From the NCBI GenBank assembly GCA_022340705.1, contig JAJDNJ010000065.1, positions 1 to 57,490 on the forward strand: a DNA stretch of 57,490 bases. The letters are read 5' to 3'. Source of the DNA: Betaproteobacteria bacterium (GTDB taxonomy: Bacteria > Pseudomonadota > Gammaproteobacteria > Burkholderiales > SG8-39). Each line of letters starts with the position of its first letter. The stretch's first letter is position 1. The position numbers were made by a program, and so were the translations under genes. Of the stretch, positions 49,419 to 57,490 are shown piece by piece. The notes beneath the pieces were generated by a model that had not been told where the DNA came from, made no database searches, and saw only the letters and a program-made list of their open reading frames with translations.

Positions 49419-50896
49419 CCCGCACGGCGCAGCACGCGTCCCGGCCGCGCGCCGGTGTGGCGCGCGTCTTCGACCACGGGGATGCCGTTGACGAAGACCT
49501 GCGCGATGCCTTTCGGCGCGTGCTTCGGGTCTTCGTACGTGCCGACGTCGATCACCGTCTTCGGGTCGAACAGGACCAGGTCGGCAGCGAAGCCCTCGCG
49601 CAGCAGGCCGCGATCCTTGAAGCCGAATTTGGCTGCCGGAAAGCCGGTCATCCGGTAGACCGCTTCCTCGATCGAGAACAGTCCCAGGTCGCGCGCGTAG
49701 CGGCCGAGCACGCGCGCGAACGTCCCGTACAGGCGCGGGTGCGGCCGGCCGTCGAGCGCCGGGATGCCGTCCGAGCCGATCATCGTGCTCGGATGGCGCA
49801 TTACGGTGCGCACGTCGTCTTCGTTCATCGCGTGCAGCACCGCGGTGGTCCCCGGGACGGCCTCGAGAATCCGATGCGCGGTGGCGAGCGGCTCGAGCTG
49901 CATCTCGCGCGCGAGCTGGGCGATCGACTTGCCTTCCCAGTCGGCGTGGCCCTTGGCGGCGGCGATCACCACGTCGTCGGCGGTGAGCGTGCCGAGGCCG
50001 CCGCCGAAGCGCCCGTCGGCGACGACCGCCGAAAGGATGGTGCTCCCCGCGGTGTACGGATACTGGTCGGCGTGCACGTCGAGCCCGCGACGCTGCGCGG
50101 CGTCGATCCTGGCGAGCGACTGGTCGACCATACCCCAGGCTTTGCGGCCCGAGGCCTTGTGGTGCGAGATCTGCACCGGCACCCCGGCGCGCTCGCCGAT
50201 CGCGACCGCCTCGTCGACCGAGTCGAGCAGGCCGAGGCTCTCGTCGCGCATGTGCGTGGCGTAGAGCGCGCCGGTCCCCGCCATGAGCTTGGCCAGCTCG
50301 ACGATCTCCTCGGTCGCCGCGTTGCGCCCCGGCTCGTAGACCAGGCCGGTGGACATGCCCACGGCGCCGGCGTCGATGCCCTCCTGCACGAGCGCCTTCA
50401 TCTTCGCCAGCTCGGCGCCGCTCGGCGCCGGGTTCTTCGGCTCGGCCATCGACGCGAGGCGCACCGTGCCGTGGCCGATCAGCATCGCTACGTTGACGCT
50501 CGGCGCGTCGCGCTCGAGGCGCGCGAGGTAGCCCTGATGGTTTTCCCAGCCGGCGACTTCGCCCGCGCTCTGGAAGCCGGCCGCCATCCGCCAGGCCTCG
50601 CGATACGGCGCCGGGCCGAAGCCGCAGTTGCCGATGATGCAGGTCGTCACCCCGCCCAGCACCTTGAAGGCCATGCCGGGGTGCTTGATCACGGCGAAGT
50701 CGTCGTGCGTGTGCACGTCGATGAACCCCGGCGCGAGCGCAAGGCCCTTGGCATCGAGCGTGCGCCTGGCCTCACCGGCGACCGAGCCGAGCGCGGCGAT
50801 GCGCCCGCCCTCGAGCGCGAGGTCCCCTGCGCGCGGCGCCGCGCCGCTGCCGTCGTAGAGCAGCGCGTTGCGGATGACGAGATCGAATTGCGCCAT
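49415..50896 (-). CDS. N-acyl-D-amino-acid deacylase (D-aminoacylase) family amidohydrolase
   Basis: FDLVIRNALLYDGSG, the metal motif PGFIDVHTHDD, and NCGFGPAP. It is 493 aa. Its stop overlaps the convergent FAH stop by 4 nt. Confidence 0.88.
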   Translation of the reverse strand: MAQFDLVIRNALLYDGSGAAPRAGDLALEGGRIAALGSVAGEARRTLDAKGLALAPGFIDVHTHDDFAVIKHPGMAFKVLGGVTTCIIGNCGFGPAPYREAWRMAAGFQSAGEVAGWENHQGYLARLERDAPSVNVAMLIGHGTVRLASMAEPKNPAPSGAELAKMKALVQEGIDAGAVGMSTGLVYEPGRNAATEEIVELAKLMAGTGALYATHMRDESLGLLDSVDEAVAIGERAGVPVQISHHKASGRKAWGMVDQSLARIDAAQRRGLDVHADQYPYTAGSTILSAVVADGRFGGGLGTLTADDVVIAAAKGHADWEGKSIAQLAREMQLEPLATAHRILEAVPGTTAVLHAMNEDDVRTVMRHPSTMIGSDGIPALDGRPHPRLYGTFARVLGRYARDLGLFSIEEAVYRMTGFPAAKFGFKDRGLLREGFAADLVLFDPKTVIDVGTYEDPKHAPKGIAQVFVNGIPVVEDARHTGARPGRVLRRAG

Positions 50897-50898
50897 GC

Positions 50899-52296
50899 TC
50901 AGAGCTCGGGCCAGGCGCGCTGCGCGGGGCGGAGCGTCTCGATCAGCCGCGCCAGACGCAGCACGCCGTGATCATCGAAGCGCCGGCCGACGATCTGCAC
51001 GCCGATCGGCAGACCGTCGGCGCTCGCCGTCCAGTTGATCGAGGCAGCCGGCTGCTCGGACATGTTGTACGGCACCGTGAAGGCGATGTGCGGCAGCGCG
51101 TCGTGCGGATCGTTGCCGGGGCAGGCGCGCTCGGCCTCGTAGGGCAGGATCGGCGATACCGGCGAGATGACGTAGTCGAAGGGCTGCGTCGCGCGCACGG
51201 TGGCGTCGCGCAGCGCGACGACCTGGTTGACCGCGGTCATGACGTCGACCCCGCTGAAATCCTTTGCGCGGTGCCAGCACCACTCGACGATAAACGGCAG
51301 CACCTTGGCCTGGCGCTCGGCGGCGAGCGCACAGTATTCGGCGTAGGAGCGCGCTTCGAAGAAGCGCAGCATGCCGTCGAACAGCTCGGCGTCGAGGAAC
51401 GAGCCCATCGGCTCGACTTCCGCGCCCGCCGCGGCCAGCGCGCGCGCCGCGCCTTCGGCCGCCGCGCGCACTTCCGCGTGGACTGGCAGCCCGACGCGCA
51501 TGTCGGTCAAGAGGCCGATGCGCAGCCCTTTGGGCGAGAGGTCCTCGAGCCGCGCGCTGTAATCGGTCTTCTCCGGCGGCAGACTCATGAAGTCGCGCAC
51601 GTCGGGCTTGGCGAGCTGGTTGAGCATCAGCGCGGCGTCGCGCACGCTGCGCGTCATCGGGCCGGCGACGCGGCCGGTGTACGGCGGGTAGATCGGGACC
51701 CGGCCGAGCGAAGGCTTGAGCCCGAAGATGCCGCAATGCGTCGCGGGCAGGCGGATCGAGCCGCCGATGTCGGTGCCGATGTGCAGCGGCGCGTAGCCGG
51801 CGGCCGCGGCGGCGCCCGCGCCCGAGCTCGAGCCCGAGGTGTTGCGCTCGCGGTTCCAGGGATTGCGCGTCACGCCGTGCAGGCTCGACAGTCCCGAAGA
51901 CAGCATGCCGAAGTCCGGCATGGTGGTTTTGCCGAGAATCACGCAGCCGGCCTCGCGCAGGCGCGCCGCGGGCGGCGCATCCTCGGCGGCCGCGCCGAGT
52001 TCCTCGTTGGCGCGGGTTCCGATTGGCGCCGGGTCGCCGGCGGTGGCGACGTTTTCCTTGATCGTCACCGGCACGCCGTCGATCGGCGACAGCGACGCCT
52101 GCGAGCGCCAGCGCGCTTCGGCCGCGCGCGCCTGCGCGAGCGCGGCCTCGGTCCCCACGCGGTACATCGCGTTGATTTTCGGCTCCCAGGCCGCGATGCG
52201 TGCGAGCAGGGCGCGGGTGACTTCGACCGGCGACAGCGAGCCGTCGGCATAGCGCCGACCGAGCTCGGCAGCGCTCAGTTGGTGGACGTCATCCAT
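50899..52296 (-). CDS. amidase (amidase-signature family)
   Basis: Trimmed to ATG 52296 (MDDVHQLSAAELGRRYADGSLSPVEVT...). The amidase signature includes GSSSGAGAAAAAGYAPLHIGTDIGGSIRLPA. 466 aa. Confidence 0.88.
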   Translation of the reverse strand: MDDVHQLSAAELGRRYADGSLSPVEVTRALLARIAAWEPKINAMYRVGTEAALAQARAAEARWRSQASLSPIDGVPVTIKENVATAGDPAPIGTRANEELGAAAEDAPPAARLREAGCVILGKTTMPDFGMLSSGLSSLHGVTRNPWNRERNTSGSSSGAGAAAAAGYAPLHIGTDIGGSIRLPATHCGIFGLKPSLGRVPIYPPYTGRVAGPMTRSVRDAALMLNQLAKPDVRDFMSLPPEKTDYSARLEDLSPKGLRIGLLTDMRVGLPVHAEVRAAAEGAARALAAAGAEVEPMGSFLDAELFDGMLRFFEARSYAEYCALAAERQAKVLPFIVEWCWHRAKDFSGVDVMTAVNQVVALRDATVRATQPFDYVISPVSPILPYEAERACPGNDPHDALPHIAFTVPYNMSEQPAASINWTASADGLPIGVQIVGRRFDDHGVLRLARLIETLRPAQRAWPEL

Positions 52297-52445
52297 CGGA
52301 TGGTTTCGAAGGCTTGCGGAACCATCATAGCGCTGCGCAGGTCTGTGGAACAGCGCGACTGCGCGCAAGCCGCGAAACGGCGCGGATGCGATACTCTCGC
52401 GCCTTTGTCGCACCCGCCGTGCGATGCAGGATCCGGAGGAGCAGG

Positions 52446-53843
52446 ATGTTCCGAGTGGCAATCGCCTTGATGGCCGCGTTGCTGGCTGTGCCGCTGGCGG
52501 CCGCGGAGAAGACGGCCGCGAAGAAGACGGCTGCACACAAGACGGTCGCGCCGACGCAGATTCAGTTCTGGCACGCGATGTCGGGTGCGCGGGGCGCCGA
52601 GATCGACGCGCTCGTCGCGCGCTTCAACGCATCGCAGAAAAAGGTGCGCGTGGTCGCGACCTACAAGGGTCCCTACGACGTCGTCGAGCGCGAGCTGTTC
52701 GCCGCGGTGCGTGACAAGAAGGCGCCACATCTGGTGCAGATTTACGAGCTTGGCACCGCCGACATGATCGCGGCGCGCGATGCGGTGAAGCCGATCTGGC
52801 GACTCATGGTCGAGGCCGGCACGCCGCTCAAGCACGATGCCTTCGTTCCGCCGGTGGCCGCGTACTTCTCGGATTCCAAGGGACGGCTGCTCGCGCTGCC
52901 GTTCAACACCTCGACACCGGTGCTCTATTACAACAAGGACGCGTTTCGCAAGGCGGGTCTCGACCCGGAGCACGCGCCCAAGACCTGGTACCAGATGCCG
53001 CAGGCGCTGCGCGCGGTGCTCGACGCCGGCGCCAAGTGCGCGCTGACCACCACCTGGCCGAGCTGGGTGCTGGTCGAGAACATGGGCGCCTGGCACAACC
53101 AGCCGTTCGCGACCGAAGACAACGGGATGGACGGCAACGACGCGCGCCTCAACTTCAACACCCGTCTGATGGTGCGCTGGGTCTCGATGCTCGCGTCCTG
53201 GTACAAGGCGGGTTACTTCAGCTGGTCGGGGCGGGGCAACGCGGCGGAGACACGCTTCGCCTCCGGCGAGTGCGCACTGCTCACCGCGTCGTCCTCGTCC
53301 TATGCCGAGCTGCGCCGCGCGGCGCGCTTCGATTTCGGCGTCGCGCAGCTGCCGTACTACGACGATTTCCCCGACGCACCGCAGAACACGCTGATCGGGG
53401 GCGCCGCGCTGTGGGCGATGGGCGGCAAGACGCGTGTCGAGTACCGCGCCATGGCGAAGTTCATCGCCTACCTCGCACAGCCCGATGTCCAGGCGCATTG
53501 GCACCAGACCACCGGCTACGTGCCGATCACCAAGGCGGCCTACGAGCTGACCGAAAAGAGCGGCTTTTACCTGAGCCATCCCGGGCACCAGGTCGCGGTG
53601 CGCCAGCTGCTGCTGCGCAACCCGACGCGCGAGTCGAAGGGCATCCGTCTGGGCCATTTCCTGCAGATTCGCGCGATCATCGAGGATGAGCTCGAGGCCG
53701 TGTGGGCGGACCGCGCGACGCCGATCGACGCACTGAACGCCGCGGTCGAGCGGGGCAATACTCTGCTCTCACAGTTCGACCGCGCGACCAAGCCGGCCAA
53801 AAAGAAGGCCGCCAAGGGGCGCAAAACGAGCGCGGCGAAGTAG
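52446..53843 (+). CDS. ugpB: sn-glycerol-3-phosphate-type ABC substrate-binding protein, paralogue 1 (with Lys/Ala-rich tails)
   Basis: Trimmed to ATG 52446, after GGAGGAGCAGG. It has a signal peptide (MFRVAIALMAALLAVPLAAA). The UgpB-like core includes IQFWHAMSG, LPFNTSTPVLYYNKDAFRKAGLDP, GGAALWAMGG and TGYVPIT. Confidence 0.85.
   Translation: MFRVAIALMAALLAVPLAAAEKTAAKKTAAHKTVAPTQIQFWHAMSGARGAEIDALVARFNASQKKVRVVATYKGPYDVVERELFAAVRDKKAPHLVQIYELGTADMIAARDAVKPIWRLMVEAGTPLKHDAFVPPVAAYFSDSKGRLLALPFNTSTPVLYYNKDAFRKAGLDPEHAPKTWYQMPQALRAVLDAGAKCALTTTWPSWVLVENMGAWHNQPFATEDNGMDGNDARLNFNTRLMVRWVSMLASWYKAGYFSWSGRGNAAETRFASGECALLTASSSSYAELRRAARFDFGVAQLPYYDDFPDAPQNTLIGGAALWAMGGKTRVEYRAMAKFIAYLAQPDVQAHWHQTTGYVPITKAAYELTEKSGFYLSHPGHQVAVRQLLLRNPTRESKGIRLGHFLQIRAIIEDELEAVWADRATPIDALNAAVERGNTLLSQFDRATKPAKKKAAKGRKTSAAK
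52503..52547 (+). repeat. three tandem 15-nt (pentapeptide A-x-K-T-A/V) repeats at the mature N-terminus of UgpB paralogue 1
   Basis: GCGGAGAAGACGGCC / GCGAAGAAGACGGCT / GCACACAAGACGGTC encode AEKTA AKKTA AHKTV. They lie directly after the predicted signal-peptide cleavage site. Confidence 0.8.
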
Positions 53844-53935
53844 TTCGTTGCAGTCACAAAAAGCGTAACATTCGGGCGCTAGGCTGCGCCGGTGCCGGCG
53901 CCCGCCGGCGTTATTCACGGAGGAAGGGGACCCAG

Positions 53936-55246
53936 ATGAAACGCAAGGTAATCGTGGCCGCGCTCGCCAGTGCCGGCCTGCTTATGCTCGGCTCGGCGCA
54001 GGCGGCGACCGAGATCCAGTGGTGGCACTCGATGGGCGGGGCGCTCGGCGAAAGGGTGAAGGCCATCGCCGCCAAGTTCAACGCGAGTCAGAAAGACTAC
54101 ACAGTCGTTCCGGTTTACAAGGGCAGCTACCCGGTGTCGATGACCGCGGCGATCGCCGCGTTCCGCGCCAAGAACCCGCCGCATATCGTCCAGGTGTACG
54201 AGGTCGGCACCGCCACCATGATGGCGGCGAAGGGCGCGATCGTGCCGGTGGCCAAGGTGATGAAGGATTCCGGGGAAAAGTTCAACCCCAAGGCCTACCT
54301 GCCGACGGTGACCGGCTACTACACCGACATGAAGGGCAACATGCTGTCGCTGCCGTTCAACAGCTCGACGGCGCTGTTCTACATCAACAAGGACGCGTTC
54401 AAGAAGGCCGGGCTCGAGCCGGTCGCGCCGAAGACCTGGAAGGAACTGCGCGCGGTCGCGGAAAAGCTGAAGGCGGCCGGACAGCAGTGCGTCTACACGA
54501 CCAGCTGGCCGTCGTGGGTGCATATTGAGAACTTCAGCGCCTGGCACAACGTGCCGATCGGTACCTTGCAGAATGGAATGGGCGGGCTGGGTACAAAGTT
54601 CGAGTTCAATTCGCCGCTCCACGTCCGCCACATCCAGATGCTCGCCGACATGGCGAAGCAGGGCCTGTTCGTCTACGCCGGGCGTACCAGCCAGGGCGAC
54701 GCCAAGTTTGCCGGCGGCGAGTGCGCGATGTTCACCGGCAGCGCGAGCGCGATCGGAGGCATCAAGAAGGCCGGCAAGGTCGACTGGTCGGTCAATTTCC
54801 TGCCCTACCACGACGACGTCAAGGGCGCGCCGCAGAACTCGATCATCGGCGGCGCCTCGCTCTGGGTGATGGCCGGCAAGCCGAAAGCCGACTACAAGGG
54901 CGTGGCGAAGTTCCTCGCCTTCCTGTCGCTGCCCGATACCCAGGTGGAATGGCACACCGGCACCGGCTACGTGCCGATCACCATGGCGGCCTATGAACAG
55001 ACGCGCGCCTCGGGTTTCTACGCCAAGAACCCGGGTTTTGACATGGCGGTGAAGGAGCTCACCTACAAGGCGCCGACCGCCAACTCCAAGGGCCTGCGCT
55101 TTGGCAACTTCGTGCAGATCCGCGACGTCATCAAGGAGGAACTCGAGGCGGCGTTCTCCGGCAAGAAGACCGCCAAGGCTGCGCTCGACGACGCGGTGAA
55201 GCGCGGCGACGAGATCCTGCGCAAGTTCCAGGCTGCAAACAAATAG
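53936..55246 (+). CDS. ugpB: sn-glycerol-3-phosphate ABC transporter substrate-binding protein, paralogue 2
   Basis: Trimmed to ATG 53936, after GGAGGAAGGGGA. It has a signal peptide ending SAQAATE. Blocks are IQWWHSMGG, LPFNSSTALFYINKDAFKKAGLEP, GGASLWVMAG and TGYVPIT. At 436 aa it matches canonical UgpB size. Confidence 0.9.
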   Translation: MKRKVIVAALASAGLLMLGSAQAATEIQWWHSMGGALGERVKAIAAKFNASQKDYTVVPVYKGSYPVSMTAAIAAFRAKNPPHIVQVYEVGTATMMAAKGAIVPVAKVMKDSGEKFNPKAYLPTVTGYYTDMKGNMLSLPFNSSTALFYINKDAFKKAGLEPVAPKTWKELRAVAEKLKAAGQQCVYTTSWPSWVHIENFSAWHNVPIGTLQNGMGGLGTKFEFNSPLHVRHIQMLADMAKQGLFVYAGRTSQGDAKFAGGECAMFTGSASAIGGIKKAGKVDWSVNFLPYHDDVKGAPQNSIIGGASLWVMAGKPKADYKGVAKFLAFLSLPDTQVEWHTGTGYVPITMAAYEQTRASGFYAKNPGFDMAVKELTYKAPTANSKGLRFGNFVQIRDVIKEELEAAFSGKKTAKAALDDAVKRGDEILRKFQAANK

Positions 55247-55261
55247 CCGGCCCGGCGTAAC

Positions 55262-55290
55262 AAAGGGGCGCCGCGAGGCGCCCCTTTTTT
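55262..55290 (+). terminator. strong rho-independent terminator between ugpB (paralogue 2) and ugpA
   Basis: AAAGGGGCGCC-gcga-GGCGCCCCTTTTTT, an 8-bp GC stem extended by A:T pairs and ending in a 6-T run. It starts 16 nt after the ugpB stop and ends 9 nt before the ugpA ATG. Confidence 0.8.
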
Positions 55291-55299
55291 GACCTTCGC

Positions 55300-56181
55300 A
55301 TGGAAAAGCGCGTCGTCTTCCGTTCGGCGTGGCTGCCGTACCTGCTGGTGGCGCCGCAAATCGCCATCACGGTGGTGTTCTTCTTCTGGCCCGCAGTGCA
55401 GGCAATCTGGTACTCGTTCCTGCTGCAGGACGCGTTCGGGCTGAAGACGCAGTTCGTCGGGCTGCAGAACTTCGTCACGCTGTTCCACGATCCGCATTAC
55501 CTGCAGTCGTTCAAGATCACGGCGGTGTTCAGCGTGCTGGTGGCCGGCAGTGGGATCGTGATCTCGCTCGTGCTGGCGGCGATGGCCGACCGCGTGATCC
55601 GCGGCGCGCTGGCCTACAAGACGCTGCTAATCTGGCCTTACGCGGTGGCCCCGGCAATCGCCGGCGTGCTCTGGGCGTTCATGTTCGCGCCGTCGATCGG
55701 CATCGTCACCTACGCGCTGAAGAAGATGGGCGTCGACTGGAACTGGGTGGTGAACGGCGAGCAGGCGATGCTGCTGGTGGTAATCGCCGCGGTATGGAAC
55801 CAGATTTCCTACAACTTCCTGTTTTTCCTCGCCGGGCTGCAGTCGATTCCCAGGTCGCTGATCGAGGCCGCGGCGATCGATGGCGCAGGGCCGACGCGGC
55901 GCTTCTGGTCGATCGTCCTGCCCTTGCTTTCGCCGACCACCTTCTTCCTGCTGGTGATCAACATCGTCTACGCCTTCTTCGCCACCTTCGGCGTGATCGA
56001 CGCGACTACGCAGGGCGGCCCCGCGGGCGCCACCCAGATCCTCGTCTACAAGGTGTTCTACGACGGCGTCAAGGCGGGCGACCTGGGCGGCTCGTCCGCC
56101 CAGTCGGTGGTGCTGATGTTCATCGTGATCACGCTGACGGTGATCCAGTTCCGCTTCATCGAGCGCCGGGTCCAGTACTGA
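55300..56181 (+). CDS. ugpA: sn-glycerol-3-phosphate ABC transporter permease UgpA
   Basis: [23 protein letters not shown] and the EAA loop [31 protein letters not shown]. 293 aa. Confidence 0.92.
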   Translation: MEKRVVFRSAWLPYLLVAPQIAITVVFFFWPAVQAIWYSFLLQDAFGLKTQFVGLQNFVTLFHDPHYLQSFKITAVFSVLVAGSGIVISLVLAAMADRVIRGALAYKTLLIWPYAVAPAIAGVLWAFMFAPSIGIVTYALKKMGVDWNWVVNGEQAMLLVVIAAVWNQISYNFLFFLAGLQSIPRSLIEAAAIDGAGPTRRFWSIVLPLLSPTTFFLLVINIVYAFFATFGVIDATTQGGPAGATQILVYKVFYDGVKAGDLGGSSAQSVVLMFIVITLTVIQFRFIERRVQY

Positions 56182-56188
56182 GGGCACG

Positions 56189-57037
56189 ATGGTCGAAAAC
56201 CGCCCTGTGCTGAATTTCTTTGCCCATGCGGTGCTGATTCTCGGCGCCGTCGTGATCGCGTTCCCGCTCTACGTCGCCTTCGTCGCCTCAACGCTGCCCT
56301 ACGAGGACATCGTCGCCGTGCCGATGCCACTGATTCCCGGCGACCAGCTGCTCGAAAACTACGGCCAGGTGCTGCTGCACGGCTCGACCAAGGGTTCGGG
56401 CGCCGCGGTCTCGAGGATGCTGTTCAACAGCATGGTGATGGCGCTGGTGATCCCGGTCGGCAAGATCGCAATCTCGATCATCTCGGCCTTCGCGATCGTC
56501 TACTTTCGCTTTCCGCTGCGCAATTTCTTTTTCTGGATGATCTTCGTCACCCTGATGCTGCCGGTGGAGGTGCGCATCATTCCGACCTTCCAGGTCATCG
56601 CGGACCTGCACATGCTCAACACCTACGCGGGCCTGACGCTGCCGCTGATCGCCTCGGCCACCGCGACGTTTCTCTTTCGCCAGTTTTTCATGACGGTGCC
56701 CGACGAGCTGGCCGAGGCGGCGCGCATCGACGGCGCCGGACCGATGCGCTTTTTCTGGGACGTGGTGCTGCCGCTGTCGAAGACGACCATGGCGGCGCTG
56801 TTCGTGATTCAGTTCATCTATGGCTGGAACCAGTATCTCTGGCCGCTGTTGATCACGAGCGAGGAGTCGATGTACACGACCGTGATCGGGATCAGCCGCA
56901 TGATCGTCGGCGGCGACGCCGCGACCGAATGGCACCTGGTCATGTCGACGGCCCTGCTGGCGATGCTGCCGCCGGCGCTGGTGGTGCTGGTGATGCAGAA
57001 GTGGTTCGTCAAGGGACTGGTGGAAACGGAGAAATAG
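56189..57037 (+). CDS. ugpE: sn-glycerol-3-phosphate ABC transporter permease UgpE
   Basis: The EAA loop is [30 protein letters not shown]. It is 282 aa and sits between ugpA and ugpC. Confidence 0.92.
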   Translation: MVENRPVLNFFAHAVLILGAVVIAFPLYVAFVASTLPYEDIVAVPMPLIPGDQLLENYGQVLLHGSTKGSGAAVSRMLFNSMVMALVIPVGKIAISIISAFAIVYFRFPLRNFFFWMIFVTLMLPVEVRIIPTFQVIADLHMLNTYAGLTLPLIASATATFLFRQFFMTVPDELAEAARIDGAGPMRFFWDVVLPLSKTTMAALFVIQFIYGWNQYLWPLLITSEESMYTTVIGISRMIVGGDAATEWHLVMSTALLAMLPPALVVLVMQKWFVKGLVETEK

Positions 57038-57040
57038 GCG

Positions 57041-57490
57041 ATGGCGGAGGTTTCTTTCCGCGATGTGAAGAAGAGCTACACCGCGGGCGTGCAGGTGATC
57101 CACGGCGTGACGATGGACGTCGCCGACGGCGAGTTCGTGGTCATCGTCGGGCCCTCGGGCTGCGGCAAGTCGACGCTGCTGCGCATGGTCGCCGGGCTCG
57201 AGCGCATTACCGCGGGCGAGATCGCGATCGGCGGTCGGGTCGTGAATAACCTCGAGCCGAAGGACCGCGACATCGCGATGGTGTTCCAGAACTACGCGCT
57301 CTACCCGCATATGCGCGTCTACGACAACATGGCGTATGGCCTGCGAATCCGCGGCATGACGAAGGCCGAGATCGATTCGCGCGTCAAGCGCGCGGCCGAG
57401 ATTCTCGAGCTCGGCGCGCTGCTCGAGCGGCGGCCGCGTGAGCTCTCGGGCGGGCAGCGTCAGCGGGTGGCGATGGGGCGCGCGATCGTG
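57041..57490 (+). CDS. ugpC: sn-glycerol-3-phosphate ABC transporter ATP-binding protein UgpC, 5' part (runs off window)
   Basis: Not in the ORF track because there is no stop in the window. The ATG at 57041 opens [54 protein letters not shown]...[12 protein letters not shown]...[16 protein letters not shown], which contains Walker A, the Q-loop and the ABC signature. Confidence 0.9.
   Translation, partial: MAEVSFRDVKKSYTAGVQVIHGVTMDVADGEFVVIVGPSGCGKSTLLRMVAGLERITAGEIAIGGRVVNNLEPKDRDIAMVFQNYALYPHMRVYDNMAYGLRIRGMTKAEIDSRVKRAAEILELGALLERRPRELSGGQRQRVAMGRAIV

Noticed and set aside
47600-50971. 1123-aa plus-strand ORF
   Set aside because: It runs through four real genes (M81 peptidase and FAH in another frame, D-aminoacylase and amidase on the opposite strand). 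Its composition is Arg/Ala/Gly-dominated and no family signature is present.
52297-52445. Pho box upstream of the ugp operon
   Set aside because: I looked for tandem CTGTCAT-like 7-mers with 11-bp phasing. Only CTGTGGAACAGCGCGACTGCGC is present, with the wrong spacing and poor matches. PhoB control cannot be supported from the sequence.

Overview
Visibly GC-rich, densely packed chromosomal segment. Gene order and protein sequences look betaproteobacterial (Rhodocyclales/Burkholderiales-like), a taxonomic guess made by eye. I can support 57 protein genes, two of them cut by the window edges, plus one tRNA. Most is housekeeping: queG', rtcB, sseA, xseB-ispA-dxs, folE2, pcm, yajQ, argG / argF-argD, rpsT, murJ, ribF-ileS-lspA-fkpB-ispH, birA-coaX and tRNA-Thr(CGT). 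Four blocks look accessory. (1) A complete N-type (atpD-first) F-ATPase operon at 10064-16155, minus strand. (2) A minor-pilin operon pilE-fimT-pilV-pilW-pilX-pilY1 at 29320-38368, minus strand, with a 1750-aa PilY1 and a trailing TonB_C gene. (3) A peptide/D-amino-acid utilisation cluster at 41577-52296: Dpp-type ABC importer, M81/MlrC peptidase, FAH hydrolase, D-aminoacylase and amidase. (4) A ugp operon with two tandem ugpB paralogues. I saw no CRISPR array, IS element, integrase, phage genes or recognisable defence genes, and no clear entirely new multi-gene system. The most unusual items are: a type IV pilin fused in frame behind a DUF2784 membrane domain (1463-2380); a roughly 420-aa repeat-containing insertion inside the vWA region of PilY1; a TonB_C protein where pilY2 would sit; and an N-ATPase operon with only one of the two expected small membrane genes, preceded by a secreted protein of unknown function. 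Many long ORFs in the track are antisense artefacts of GC-rich DNA and were rejected. All homology statements come from reading the translations by eye, not from database searches.
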